A stretch of DNA of 62,889 nt, filler included, from Octopus bimaculoides (Eukaryota): assembly GCF_001194135.2 (NCBI RefSeq). It is 5 parts of 5 records of this genome, joined end to end, with 100 filler letters (N's around TTAATTAATTAA, not from the genome) between each part and the next. Parts side by side here need not be neighbours in the genome. Positions count along the whole stretch, not along the records: positions 34,544 to 60,470 come from NC_069004.1; 4 more parts are not named here. One strand, written 5' to 3'. Positions 40,880 through 55,344 of this stretch are shown here, one piece after another (position 1 is the stretch's first letter; each line of letters opens with the position of its first letter). Position numbers and translations under genes: made by a program. Under the pieces are notes generated by a model. It made no database searches. It was given only the letters and a program-made list of their open reading frames with translations, and was not told the DNA's origin.

Positions 40880-41600
40880 TTATATATATATATATATATT
40901 ATTCTTTCCTTCTTTCTATCTGCCCGTTCACGTTCATTCCACTCTTAGTTCTTTCGTTTCCCCTCTCTCACATTTCCTTGCCTTCTCTTCATGCTCACTT
41001 TCCCTCTTCTTTTCACTCCGCTGTGTCCCTGTCATTTTTCTCGCCCTTCCTTGTTTCTTCTGTCCCTCTACCTCTACCTCTCTCCCTTCTCTCTCCACGT
41101 GACCGGTGTTCGGCCAAGCCTGACATTTCTTTCTTGGTTCGGCCGCCGTCCGGGCAACATCTATATTCTTCCCTGTGCCTGTGAAATCTTGTATCCCTGT
41201 TGTAAGGCTTTACTTCCACACACTCCAGCTTAATTTTATTTCGACCTTACTCGAAAGACACATGTTGTTATGTCGTGTTATTTGTATTTGTGTAACATTC
41301 TCCGTTTTTTTTCCGTCCTTGTTTTCGTATACATTCGCTGCTTTCTTCCAAGGAATCTAATGCTCTTAGTTTAGTTTTTCCTTGGGGCTGGCCAGATTGG
41401 AGCAATCTCGCGTATAACCAGCCGAAATTGCTAACATAATCTGGAATTCGACTGAGGAAAGAAAACTACGAATGACCCGTCCTTGTTTTTGTTTTTTGTA
41501 TCGGATATTATGTTGTCACTTTTTTGTATCAGCTGTCTGGATGTTTTGCGTTCTTCTCCCATTTTGTATTTTTTATATATAAAATATATTATATATATAT
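40880..41600. repeat. Probable unclassified interspersed element between TA tracts
   Basis: Pyrimidine-rich 5' part and a GC-richer structured block, bounded by (TA)n on both sides. Single copy here, so repeat status is inferred. Confidence 0.35.
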
Positions 41601-41650
41601 ACATACATAGTGTAGATATATGTATGTATATACATACATACATATATGTA

Positions 41651-42410
41651 AAAACAGCCAGGAAGTGGAAAACAGAAGCGGAGACTGATCACATCCTGTC
41701 TTCATTTACACACCGAGTTATATTGTGCTCCACGGAAATTGATCGGAAGGCACTTGGATTTTGGTCAGATCGGTCGAGACCGTTTTCAAATATGATGTGG
41801 AGCGATAGCAAATTTGTTATTACCGACAGCGTGAAAGCAACGGAAACAGAGAGAAGAAAGCTTCATTTGATTCAATGCTCTCAACAAGGACAGATGACAA
41901 GATGGGGGGAACATGTAGTTCAGAGAAAATAAGTTGGAATGAAATATGAAAGTGGAGTACATCATGTCTGATTTTTCTGATTCGTTCATCTTACGAAGCG
42001 TTTCCATCGCCAACAAATTTAACAATATGAAACGTATCAGAGAGAGGTAAATGCAGATCCATGAAAGTTGGAACACTGAAACAATCTTTCCAGCTGTTCA
42101 CTGTCATTGGATAGATATACATCTTTACATAATCTGGTCCTTAAGGTCCCCTTTAACGCTACACAGAACTAAATTGCTCCCATCAACAGTGGCAAATAAC
42201 CACTGATGAAACGAAACAGATTTCATTACCTTCGTGCGTTCAGGACAGCAAATCCATTTGAAGAGGAAGAAACTCGAATAGCTGTTGTGAGATGACTCCA
42301 GATTTACCAGGATGCCAAGGATTCTTCCCCATTTCAATTACAAATAAACCAGATATATGGTGTGACAGAAAGTAGTAAATCTAGTCGAGGTAATGGTTCT
42401 TCATGAAGAT
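41651..42410 (+). mobile_element. Decayed RLE-type non-LTR retrotransposon, HERO/NeSL-like (post-RT region, zinc knuckle, restriction-like endonuclease)
   Basis: Translates across frameshifts and stops as [102 protein letters not shown]. The order of motifs matches HERO-type ORFs (GxWTRW, LPSPxNL, CCHC, PD..ELT). Clade assignment is from recall. Confidence 0.85.
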
Positions 42411-42430
42411 ATATACATACATACACACAC

Positions 42431-42463
<33 letters not shown>

Positions 42464-42481
42464 CATATATATACATATACA

Positions 42482-42520
<39 letters not shown>

Positions 42521-43569
42521 CCCACTCGCTTTCGGTCGGATCGAGGATTTAAAAAAAGATACTTGCCCAAATTTCCACGGAGAGGGTCTGAATCCAGAAC
42601 CATGTGATTCTTTCTTACCTNNNNNNNNNNNNNNNNNNNNNNNNNNNNNNNNNNNNNNNNNNNNNNNNNNNNNNNNNNNNNNNNNNNNNNNNNNNNNNNN
42701 NNNNNNNNNNNNNNNNNNNNNNNNNNNNNNNNNNNNNNNNNNNNNNNNNNNNNNNNNNNNNNNNNNNNNNNNNNNNNNNNNNNNNNNNNNNNNNNNNNNN
42801 NNNNNNNNNNNNNNNNNNNNNNNNNNNNNNNNNNNNNNNNNNNNNNNNNNNNNNNNNNNNNNNNNNNNNNNNNNNNNNNNNNNNNNNNNNNNNNNNNNNN
42901 NNNNNNNNNNNNNNNNNNNNNNNNNNNNNNNNNNNNNNNNNNNNNNNNNNNNNNNNNNNNNNNNNNNNNNNNNNNNNNNNNNNNNNNNNNNNNNNNNNNN
43001 NNNNNNNNNNNNNNNNNNNNNNNNNNNNNNNNNNNNNNNNNNNNNNNNNNNNNNNNNNNNNNNNNNNNNNNNNNNNNNNNNNNNNNNNNNNNNNNNNNNN
43101 NNNNNNNNNNNNNNNNNNNNNNNNNNNNNNNNNNNNNNNNNNNNNNNNNNNNNNNNNNNNNNNNNNNNNNNNNNNNNNNNNNNNNNNNNNNNNNNNNNNN
43201 NNNNNNNNNNNNNNNNNNNNNNNNNNNNNNNNNNNNNNNNNNNNNNNNNNNNNNNNNNNNNNNNNNNNNNNNNNNNNNNNNNNNNNNNNNNNNNNNNNNN
43301 NNNNNNNNNNNNNNNNNNNNNNNNNNNNNNNNNNNNNNNNNNNNNNNNNNNNNNNNNNNNNNNNNNNNNATATATATATATATATATATATATATATACG
43401 CAATTGAATGCTGCTGCTGTGTGCTTGTTCGGCTGTGTAGATACACGTATTTGTACGTACGCACGTATGTACGTATAAGTATATCTATATTCATTCATAT
43501 ACGTATGTGTGTGTGTGTCGGGAGAGAGAAAGAGAGAGAGGGAGAGAGAGAGGCAGCGAAATAGATATA

Positions 43570-43958
43570 ACAACGAAATTTTAGTCATATATTAAAATCC
43601 AACTGCATAAAATCCTTTATAAATATGTAGATACAAATATTAGTGTATTTCTATAGATTCACCATACATGCAGCTCTATTATTGATACCAAAGCAAGAAT
43701 AGAAGTACATAATTGTATATTGAAGGAGATAGATGTCATTTGGTATGCATTTATGCATCAAGTCGTGATTTAAACAGGAATATCCAAAGAATACAAGAGA
43801 AAACTTGAATGCATCGGTTCCAAAATCAGCAAGACGCTATGCTACAAAAATGCTGTAATTTCCTCTCTCTTCTTCGTGTCTTTCCGTTCAAAGTGATTGA
43901 GTTTTTAAGAATTCAGAATTTTTTTTTTTTTTTTTTTTGAAGAAATGCTTGCGTAAGT
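43570..43958. repeat. Direct duplication, copy 2
   Basis: See copy 1; the cores are offset by 4207 nt. Confidence 0.85.
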
Positions 43959-44461
43959 ATTTTCACTTGACAAAGACGTAATTACAATGAATGGCCTTCA
44001 TATTCTGCGCCAGAAATTATATAACCCGACAAGTACTGATTCTGTACATTGTGCGTTCGATACCCACAAAGAGGTATTTACTTACCAACTGTTGCACATG
44101 TAAAAAAAAAAAAGCCAAATGCACCTCCAAAAGTTTTCCACTCGAAATATTTAGAGCGAGTTCATTGGTGATCGTTATCCAGTATCCGGTCCTCACAAAG
44201 CTATCACAGTTGCCTCCATTTTTTTACTGTTATTCCAATGACATAGGGGCAAATGCAATCGAATCCGACTTCAAAAATTTCGCATTCCAACTGTTCAAAA
44301 TGAAGTCTTTGGGGATCGTTATTTTGAATCAAAGCCCCAAAAGGCTATAACACTTGTCTCCCTTCTTTTACTGTTAATTCAATAGCATAGAGCCATCGAA
44401 GCCGGCAGAAATCACGCTACTTCTATTCAGGAACTACCTATTCATTTATTCTTTCTTTTTT

Positions 44462-44582
44462 ACTTATTCTTCTTTTGTAAGCCTGATACTTATTGTATCT
44501 CTCTCATTTACACAACCGCTAAGTTACATAGACGTAAACACACCAACACCGTTTGTCAAGCGGTAGCGGAGTACAAATGTAT

Positions 44583-44627
<45 letters not shown>

Positions 44628-44676
44628 CAATGGGCTTCTTTCAGTTTCCTTCTACCAAATCCACTCACAAGGCTTT
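44462..44676 (-). mobile_element. SINE family A fragment
   Basis: Reverse-strand match to the family A body. Confidence 0.75.
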
Positions 44677-45324
44677 GTGTGTGTGTGTGTGTTTGATTCT
44701 ATTTACCAGTTTCCATTTACCAAAATTCACTCACATGATATTATTCTGCCCGGAATTACAAGAGCAGTAAATATTTGCCTGAATTAGCGCTCAGTGAGAC
44801 TCAACCGTAAGCCAAGTGATTGCAATAAGTGTTTATGTGTATCAAATGATATGACTGCGAATGCCTGTTCTCAAATAACAATTAAGCATTAATCTCTGCT
44901 TTCTACAACATTAGTCAAGCGCATACACAATTGGAAAGATCGCAACTCGTATTTCTGCATAAGAGATCGTGTACAAATAAATCGCTGGATATGTCTGGAA
45001 TTAAACGGCTTCTTCTTGTAACAGTAAATCTACACCGGATCTGCAATACAGTTGACGCTTTTATTGCAAAGGTATCTGCGTTAGCTATTTTCGTAGGAAA
45101 AAGACGTAATTTGGAGTCACCTGCACAATAATTCAACCTGTACATATATTTCTAATTGATTTAATCCCCCTCTCTCTCTCTCTCTATCTCTATCTATCTG
45201 TCTCTCTCTCTATCTATCTGTCTCTCTCTCTATCTATCTATCTATCTATCTGTCTTTCTCTCTCTCTCACTCTCTCTCTCTCTCTCTCGCCTGTTCTCAT
45301 TCACTTTCTCTCTCTCCTTCTCTC

Positions 45325-45520
45325 ATTATTTCTACAAATATTGGAGTGTATAAGTCGATTACATCGAACCAAGGGCTCAACTGATACTTATTTTGTCGAC
45401 CCTGAATGGTAAAGTCGACATTTACGAAATTTGAACCCCCAACTAAAGGGCAGGCAGAAATGCCGCTGATTATCTTTTGTCCCGTGTTCCAATGATTCTG
45501 CCATTTCCCTGCTTTATTTC
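45325..45520 (-). mobile_element. SINE family B, degenerate
   Basis: gtcgattacatcgaacc..tacttattttgtcgaccc..gaaatttgaac..gaaatgccgc. Confidence 0.6.
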
Positions 45521-46399
45521 ATGCGACATAACATAATGCAACCATAAACGTTTCTGTCATTCTTTTTTTTTTTTTCGCCATATTGAAGAGATCCAACTAG
45601 ACTGAAATAGCACCTATACACAAATAGTAGGGACTTTTAGAGATGAAATGAAAGAAAAAAATACAGAATGTATATTTAGATATACCTTTCATAAATCTAT
45701 ATATTTTATTCCTTTCACTCGACGAACGAAAATTCTGGGCTTCAGAAACAACATTTTCTCTCTTATTACGGAAATGTAACGAACAACCAATCGAAATACA
45801 CCTTAAAATAATATACAAAATACCTTCCAAAATCTTCACTGTATCCAATAATCGATTTGGATTTCGATTTATGAGAGGTTTTTTTTTTCTGCGCTTTTCT
45901 AGAAAATAACAAAAATATTTTTTACGTAAATCCATCGTTATTGAAACTCTTATGTATAAATAAATCTATATACTTCTTTTACATATTTGGATATGTATGT
46001 AGAAGTTTATGTATGTGTGTGTATACATATATATATAGGTTTAGGCGTGTATGTATAGGTAGGTATATACATATACGTAAGTAGGTAAGTGGGAAAGATA
46101 AATATATGAATGTATTAATCTTTATTTCTTGTGTATGTATCCATAATGTGTATATATAGATTTGTGTCTGAGAATGTATATGAATGCATTTCAGTACGTA
46201 TGCTTTTGCATCAGTCGATATTCCTATTTCTAAAAGTGCTTATACATACATTATATATGACTGTATATCTGTGCGTATATATAGGCATGTATCTAACGTG
46301 TATCTAATATGTATGAACATACAAAGAAATATATACGCACACAAACATATATAATATATGCACGTGTGCGTTCGTGTGTGTATAGATAGATATTTATGT

Positions 46400-49230
<2,831 letters not shown>

Positions 49231-49501
49231 ATCTCCCGTCACTGTTTAAACAAAATCCATCTTTGTTTCTCTTTGGAAATTTTATCCGCAACCATAACTA
49301 CTTCTACGATCGACTCTACTACCACCCAACCTCTCTCAGTAATACTGTCATTCCTTCCCCTATCACCTCCTACCCACAGTCACCCTCCCCTGCCGTTTTC
49401 AGTCCAAAACCTCCCACTACCAATCAACTACTGTTGCCACTCCCACTATCACTATCATCAGGCCAAAGCTGATAGGCATTGGTCCCTTCTTACTACTACT
49501 T

Positions 49502-49559
<58 letters not shown>

Positions 49560-49876
49560 CACTACTACTACTATTCTTGCCATCTGCATTTCCTTAGTAA
49601 AGATTCTTTGGAGAAAGAAGTGCTCGGGCTGGACGTTCATTGGCGAAATCTTTATGTTAACACCATTATTGACCAGCCCTTCAAGAATTACTGGTACACA
49701 GTTGCTCAATCTCCTGGGCAGTTTCGTCGTTCAGCGTTGTTAGAAGTTGGTATTGTTTAGCGCTGTCTCTCCCTGGTTGAGGTCACCTATGTTCAAAGTT
49801 CTGCCATCCGTGACCATCCCATCATTGTGAAAATAGAGCATTTAGAAAAGTATTTTTCAACCGGAATCCATATAGT

Positions 49877-49952
49877 CCTCGGACGTCCATACGGCCCTCG
49901 GACGTCCATACGGCCCTCGGACGTCCATACGGCCCTCGGACGTCCATATGGC
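49877..49952. repeat. 19-bp minisatellite (cctcggacgtccatacggc) x4
   Basis: Three identical units and a fourth with one substitution. Confidence 0.95.
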
Positions 49953-49984
49953 CCTTTGAGCTAAGATTTCCTTGCTAAACACTT

Positions 49985-50094
49985 TATTCGCTTATTCTTT
50001 TTTCTTTTACATCTTTCAGTCATTTGACAGCATCCATGTTGAAGCACCACCTTAAAGGATCTTTGTCGAACAAGCGAGCCAGCATCGGATGTCA
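49985..50094 (-). mobile_element. SINE family A 3' tail fragment
   Basis: ttttacatctttcagtcatttgacagcatccatgttgaagcaccacc. Confidence 0.6.
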
Positions 50095-50324
50095 NNNNNN
50101 NNNNNNNNNNNNNNNNNNNNNNNNNNNNNNNNNNNNNNNNNNNNNNNNNNNNNNNNNNNNNNNNNNNNNNNNNNNNNNNNNNNNNNNNNNNNNNNNNNNN
50201 NNNNNNNNNNNNNNNNNNNNNNNNNNNNNNNNNNNNNNNNNNNNNNNNNNNNNNNNNNNNNNNNNNNNNNNNNNNNNNNNNNNNNNNNNNNNNNNNNNNN
50301 NNNNNNNNNNNNNNNNNNNNNNNN

Positions 50325-50397
<73 letters not shown>

Positions 50398-50433
50398 CAA
50401 CAACAACAACAACAATAACAGCAACAACAACAA

Positions 50434-50620
50434 CATCGAAAAGTACCTTAGAAATTAGAACCCAGGTTCGAAATTTCCCCAAGACACCTGATGAAGGCTG
50501 GAGGGTATGTCAGCCGAAGCGTTGTGTTAACAACAAACAAGATGAGGACAAATATCCGTCAAAATGTAAATAATGTAAATAATGTACATAATTCCTCATC
50601 TCTTAAATAAAGAACTGGAA
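50434..50620 (+). mobile_element. Short hammerhead-bearing interspersed element after an (AAT)n/(AAC)n tract, Penelope-like terminus
   Basis: Unique-sequence block directly after the trinucleotide array, carrying the hammerhead and a (gtaaataat)-type 3' repeat. Boundaries approximate. Confidence 0.5.
50483..50528 (+). ncRNA. Minimal type I hammerhead motif of Penelope-like type (GAAA>GAAG, probably inactive copy)
   Basis: Stem I gacac/gtgtt; CTGATGA plus an extra A; stem II ggctg-10nt-cagcc; GAAG-C-GTT (minimal palindromic stem III, GUU site). Confidence 0.65.
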
Positions 50621-50696
50621 ATATATTTGATTAAAAATGAATAAACAACAGATTATTCAGTTCCTAAATAACGTCAGAGTGACAGATATTTCAAAT

Positions 50697-50890
50697 AGGT
50701 GCGAGTGTGGCTGTGTGGTAAGCGGATTCCTTCTTAATCACATGGTTTCGGGTTCAGACCCACAACGTGTCACCTTGGGTAAATGACTTCTACTATAACC
50801 TCGGGCCGATCAAATCCTTGTGAGTAGATTTGGTAGACGGAAACTAAGAGAAGACCGTCGTATATGTATATGTGCGTGTGTGTGTGTGTA
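50697..50890 (+). mobile_element. SINE family A 5' half
   Basis: Head and CORE-like domain match. Confidence 0.75.
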
Positions 50891-51699
50891 TTAAGGCTAC
50901 TATTGGTTTCATGTTTAACAATATCTTAATATCTTAACAATTTTTCAAACCGATCACATCGACGAATGATGTTCGTCTCCAAAATGTGATCGGCTTGAAA
51001 AATCTATGTATTTACAGTTCGAATATATAGATTTCAAAGTGACACACAGCAACTGATCTATAAATAGAAATACTTGAAAGAATTGTTATTGAATGTCTCT
51101 CTCTGAGAGATTTAGAAATATANNNNNNNNNNNNNNNNNNNNNNNNNNNNNNNNNNNNNNNNNNNNNNNNNNNNNNNNNNNNNNNNNNNNNNNNNNNNNN
51201 NNNNNNNNNNNNNNNNNNNNNNNNNNNNNNNNNNNNNNNNNNNNNNNNNNNNNNNNNNNNNNNNNNNNNNNNNNNNNNNNNNNNNNNNNNNNNNNNNNNN
51301 NNNNNNNNNNNNNNNNNNNNNNNNNNNNNNNNNNNNNNNNNNNNNNNNNNNNNNNNNNNNNNNNNNNNNNNNNNNNNNNNNNNNNNNNNATATACGTATA
51401 TGGGCATCGAATCCTTGTGTCTGTTTGTCCCCTACCACCGCTTGACAACAAGTTTTTGTGCGTTTACGTATCTGTAACTTGATGGCAAAAGAGAATGATA
51501 AAACAAGTACCAGGCTAACGTTTCAGCCAGCTCGCCGCCCTAAGACATAAAAGAAAATGAATAAAAAATGTCACACAGCCGTCCCTTGCAAGCGAGTATG
51601 ACTTGAAAGCATGTTTAATGGTTTTGATAATTGTTTTAAGTTCCTACGTATCACCAGGTGAGATAGACAGCCTCTCAGCCCTTCTACACTTGACCCATT

Positions 51700-51897
51700 G
51701 AAACAGCCATGGTGTGGTAGTTAAAGAGAAAGGAGGCTGCACCAGTACTCAGAATATGGTCAATGTAAGCGAGTACACTGGTGCAAGGTGAAATGAAGAG
51801 CTTGGCTGAAGGACATAGCGTAGCGCTTGGTCTTCGAATCGAACCCATAACTTTATAATCGTGAGCTCAACACCCTAACCTCTAGCCCACGCACCTT
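51700..51897 (-). mobile_element. tRNA-head plus CORE-like SINE, degenerate
   Basis: gtgaaatgaagagcttggctgaaggacatagcg..gaatcgaacccataac..caccctaacc. Confidence 0.55.
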
Positions 51898-52771
51898 CTT
51901 TGTTCATATTTTTCATACTATTTAGCTGAACGCCGGTATTTAGTTATGTCCATTTACGTTTTCTGTTCAAATCTTACTGTCACAGAAAAGACACAATAAA
52001 AAGACTATAAAATAGTCTATGCACCGCCCCTCTCAACTTACGGCCTTGTGTGAATATAAGAAATCAATCTATTTTCAATAGTTGATGACGGTAAATTGAC
52101 AGAAGCAGCAGAGCTTTGAAGTATTTACTTTTCTATCTCTAACGTCTGAGAGCGGATGTTGTTCAGGTCTCTATCACATAGTCTTTCATCCTAGCTAAAT
52201 CAATGAGCTAAATATATGGATGACATTGTAGTCTATTTACTCCATTATAGAACACCTCACAAACAGAAATATCAGCTTTGAATCTATTCAAAATAAATCG
52301 ATATACTTTCAACATTTAATTTCGGAATAGTTATGTAGCTTTAATTATTTTTATTTACCTTTTCGTACGTTTTTGTCGATCGTGCCATTATATATATATT
52401 GGTTGTGTCATTTCGTGTGTTATCTATAAGGATGTGTGTCACTTTTTTCGTTATCTATTCGATGTATATGTTTAAGTACGGCGTATATCCGCTTAATTAC
52501 CATTTGCAGGTAGTGTATATCGTATATCGCAAGTCGACATCTACAATTCCTCTTTCTATATTCATTCTGTAGTTTATCATTTCTTCATCTTTTGACTTTA
52601 TTTTTCATGTTTGCATCTAAAAAGACACCAGTTGTGGAAAATCTCAGGCAAAAATTCAATTATATATCTATAATATATTTAGATAAGTTTTAATTTAATT
52701 ATATATTTGGTTTACGTTTACACAACACGATGCAAACTTTCTCTCAAACATCTTAATATCGCGAGAACGAG

Positions 52772-52812
<41 letters not shown>

Positions 52813-53367
52813 TATTTTCATTTTAACTTTTAACTTCGGAAAAAAAAAAGACAACAACATATAATTCTATTGTACATACATTGTGAGAAACACATGCCTG
52901 AACAAGATCATGTAATTTTGTTGTTTCTGAACTAAATCAATAAGCTTCTGAAGTTCATACAATGAGCTTTCAGTCCATGATGTTCGACTAACCCGCTAAA
53001 ATTAAAAACAAGAAGATGAAAATAAAATAAGCCATTATGATTTATGATATGAAGACCCTTTTATAGGAAGCATCGTAGTAAAAAGACCACATACACACAC
53101 ATACACAAACATACACAAACATACACAAACCATCTCTGCAACTGCTATCTATTCCTTTTTGCAGCATGTTCGACATTTCTGATCATCATACCTCTCTTCC
53201 CTCCTCTCCTGACAACCCACCCACTTATCTACCAATCTACTTACCGACCTAGAAATCTACCCCGATGTCTGTATACATACCTATCTACTTACATACCTAC
53301 CCACCCACCTATTTATCTACCTACTTACCCACCTACATACATACATACATACATACATACATACATA

Positions 53368-53718
53368 CTTGCTTCCCAACCATATGGTACCACTGCGTCG
53401 CACCTTGAGCAAGTGTCTCTTACTGTAGCCTCGGGCCGACCAAAGCCTTATGAGTGGATTCAGTAGACGGAAACTGAAATAAGCCCGTTATATTTATTTA
53501 TGTGTGTCTGTGTTTGCCCCTCACCACCATCGCTTGACAACTGATGTTGGTATGTTTGCACCCCTGTAACTTAGCGGTTCAGCAAAAGTACCCGATAGAA
53601 TAACTACTATGCTTACAAAGAATTAGTCCTGGGGTCGATTTCATGAACTAAAAATCCTTTGAAGGCAGTGCTCCAACATGACCGCAGTCAAATGAATATA
53701 ACATGTAAAAGAATAAAA
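53368..53718 (+). mobile_element. SINE family A copy, 5'-clipped
   Basis: Colinear with 54295-54750. Confidence 0.8.
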
Positions 53719-53814
53719 CAATACCTACCTAATTACACATCCACCTACCTACCCACCAACCTACACGCCCACCCACCTGCCTAGCCACTTCTTTCATCTA
53801 TTATTGCTCTTATA

Positions 53815-54275
53815 CTAAGGCGGTTAGCTGGCAGAACCGTTAGCACGCCAGACGAAATGCTTAGAGGCATTTCGTCTGCCGTTACGTTCTGAGTTCAAAT
53901 TCCGCCGAGGTTGCCTTTGCCTTTGCCTTTGCCTTTGTCTTTGCCTTTTATCCTTTTGGGGTCGATAAATTAAGTACCAGTTACGCACTGGATCGAGGTA
54001 ATCGAATTAATCCCTTTGTCTGTCCTTGTCTGTCCCCTCTATGTTTAGCCCCTTGGGGGCAATAAAGAAATAAGAAACCTTAGCACGCCGGGCGTAATGC
54101 TTAGCAGTATTTTGTCTGTCTTTACGTTCTGAGTTCAAATTCCGCCTAGGTCGACTTTGCTTTTCATCCTTTTGAGGTCGAGAAATTAAATACCAGTTGC
54201 GTACTGGGTTGATCTAATCGACTGGCCCTCTCCCCCAAAAAATTCAGGCCTTGTACCTAGAGCAGAAAAAATTAT
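53815..54275 (+). mobile_element. SINE family B, two head-to-tail units
   Basis: ggcggttagctggcagaaccgttagcacgcc..ttctgagttcaaattccgccgagg..tttcatccttttggggtcgataaattaagtaccag occurs twice with different 3' ends. B-box-like gagttcaaattcc. Confidence 0.8.
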
Positions 54276-54294
54276 TGCTCCTATATTACACAAC

Positions 54295-54750
54295 AGGCGC
54301 AGGATTGGCTGTGTGGTAAGTAGCTTGCTTACCAACCGCATGGTTCCGGGTTCATTTCCACTGCGTGGCATCTTGGGCAAGTGTCTTCTACTATAGCCTT
54401 GGGCCGACCAAAGCCTTGTGAGTGGATTTGGTAGACGGAAACTGAAAGAAGCCCGTCGTATATATATATGTATATATATATACGACGGGCTTCTTTCATA
54501 TATATATGTGTGTGTGTGTGTGTGTGAGTATATGCTTGTGTGTCTGTGTTTGTCCACCACCCCCAACATCACCTGACAACCGATGGAGGTGTGTTTACGT
54601 CCCCGTAACATAGCGGTTCAGCAAAAGACACCGATAGAATAAGTACTAGGCTTCCAAAGAACAAGTGCTGGGGTTGATTTGTTCGACTAAAGACAGTGCT
54701 CCAGAATGGCCGCAGTCAAATGACTGAAACATGTAAAAGAATAAAAGAAA
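54295..54750 (+). mobile_element. SINE family A (tRNA head plus CORE-like domain), near full length
   Basis: A-box-like tggctgtgtggtaag, B-box-like gggttcatttcc, CORE-like ggcatcttgggcaagtgtctt, internal (TA/TG)n, 3' cagtc-aaat-gactg stem-loop and A-rich tail. More than 12 related copies in the window. Confidence 0.85.
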
Positions 54751-54920
54751 GAGAAAAAACACATCCTGAATATATTTTCAAACCGCAACCAGCTGTGTGG
54801 CTCTGTTTCAGGAACCCCAAGGGTTTGAAGCGGGTAGAACCAACTCTTACTATTCTTCTCAGATCGACTCTGACCTGGAGTCGTAGCAACTTTCAGGGTC
54901 CCAGTCATGGGCTAATTTCC

Positions 54921-55244
54921 AGCTCGTGAATGCTTAGTGGTAAGGGCATTCGGCTCGCGATCATAAGGTCGTAAGTTCGATTCCTAGCGGTGCGTTGCGT
55001 CCTTAAGAAGCAAACCGCTATATTTTACGTTACTCCACTCCACTCAGCTGGCAAAAATGAATTCTACCTCTATTTCAAAGGGCCAGCTTTGTGCCATTCT
55101 GTGTAATACTGAATCACTCTGAGAATTACGTGAAGGGTACGCGTGTCTGTGGAGTACTCAACCACTAGCACGTCAATTTCACGTGCAGTTCGTTCCGTTG
55201 ATCGGATCAACTGGATCATTCGTCGTCGTAACCAATAGAGTGTG
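54921..55244 (+). mobile_element. tRNA-head plus CORE-like SINE with family C tail
   Basis: ttagtggtaaggg..agttcgattcc, gcgttgcgtcctt..ccactcagctggcaaaaatga, then aagggtacgcgtgtctgtggagtactc..gatcggatcaactgg. Confidence 0.75.
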
Positions 55245-55344
55245 AAAAGATTAGCAAGTTCGCCAGGCACAAGGATCAAGTTAACCTGGCTGAGGAACAA
55301 CCCATCTAAAGATAAAAGCCCTTACAGTAAAATCCAACTCTTAG

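Noticed and set aside
41100-41165. HDV-like ribozyme impression (gccgtccgggcaacat)
   Set aside because: The P1/P2/P3 nested pseudoknot cannot be built; only a simple hairpin forms.
41450-41482. CTGAGGA..CGAAT hammerhead-like string
   Set aside because: GAAA is absent and stems I and III cannot be formed convincingly.
42203-42222. CTGATGAAACGAAAC
   Set aside because: No stem II, and it lies inside the HERO-like coding remnant.
44931-45145. Minus-strand NCIADPV*IYCY, resembling GPCR TM7
   Set aside because: The spacing is DPxxxY with a stop inside, and there is no supporting context.
49570-49760. Protein-like frames (KDSLEKEVLGLDVHWRNLY on plus; VPVILEGL..LQRIF..MARI on minus, faintly like an RLE C-terminus)
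   Set aside because: The two readings compete and neither is strong enough to call without a search.
49877-49952. CRISPR-like array
   Set aside because: The units are contiguous with no spacers, the context is eukaryotic, and there are no cas genes.
50941-51002. Small hairpin ttttcaaaccgatcacat/atgtgatcggcttgaaaa
   Set aside because: A 19-bp stem with no ribozyme core or other support; probably an internally deleted MITE remnant.
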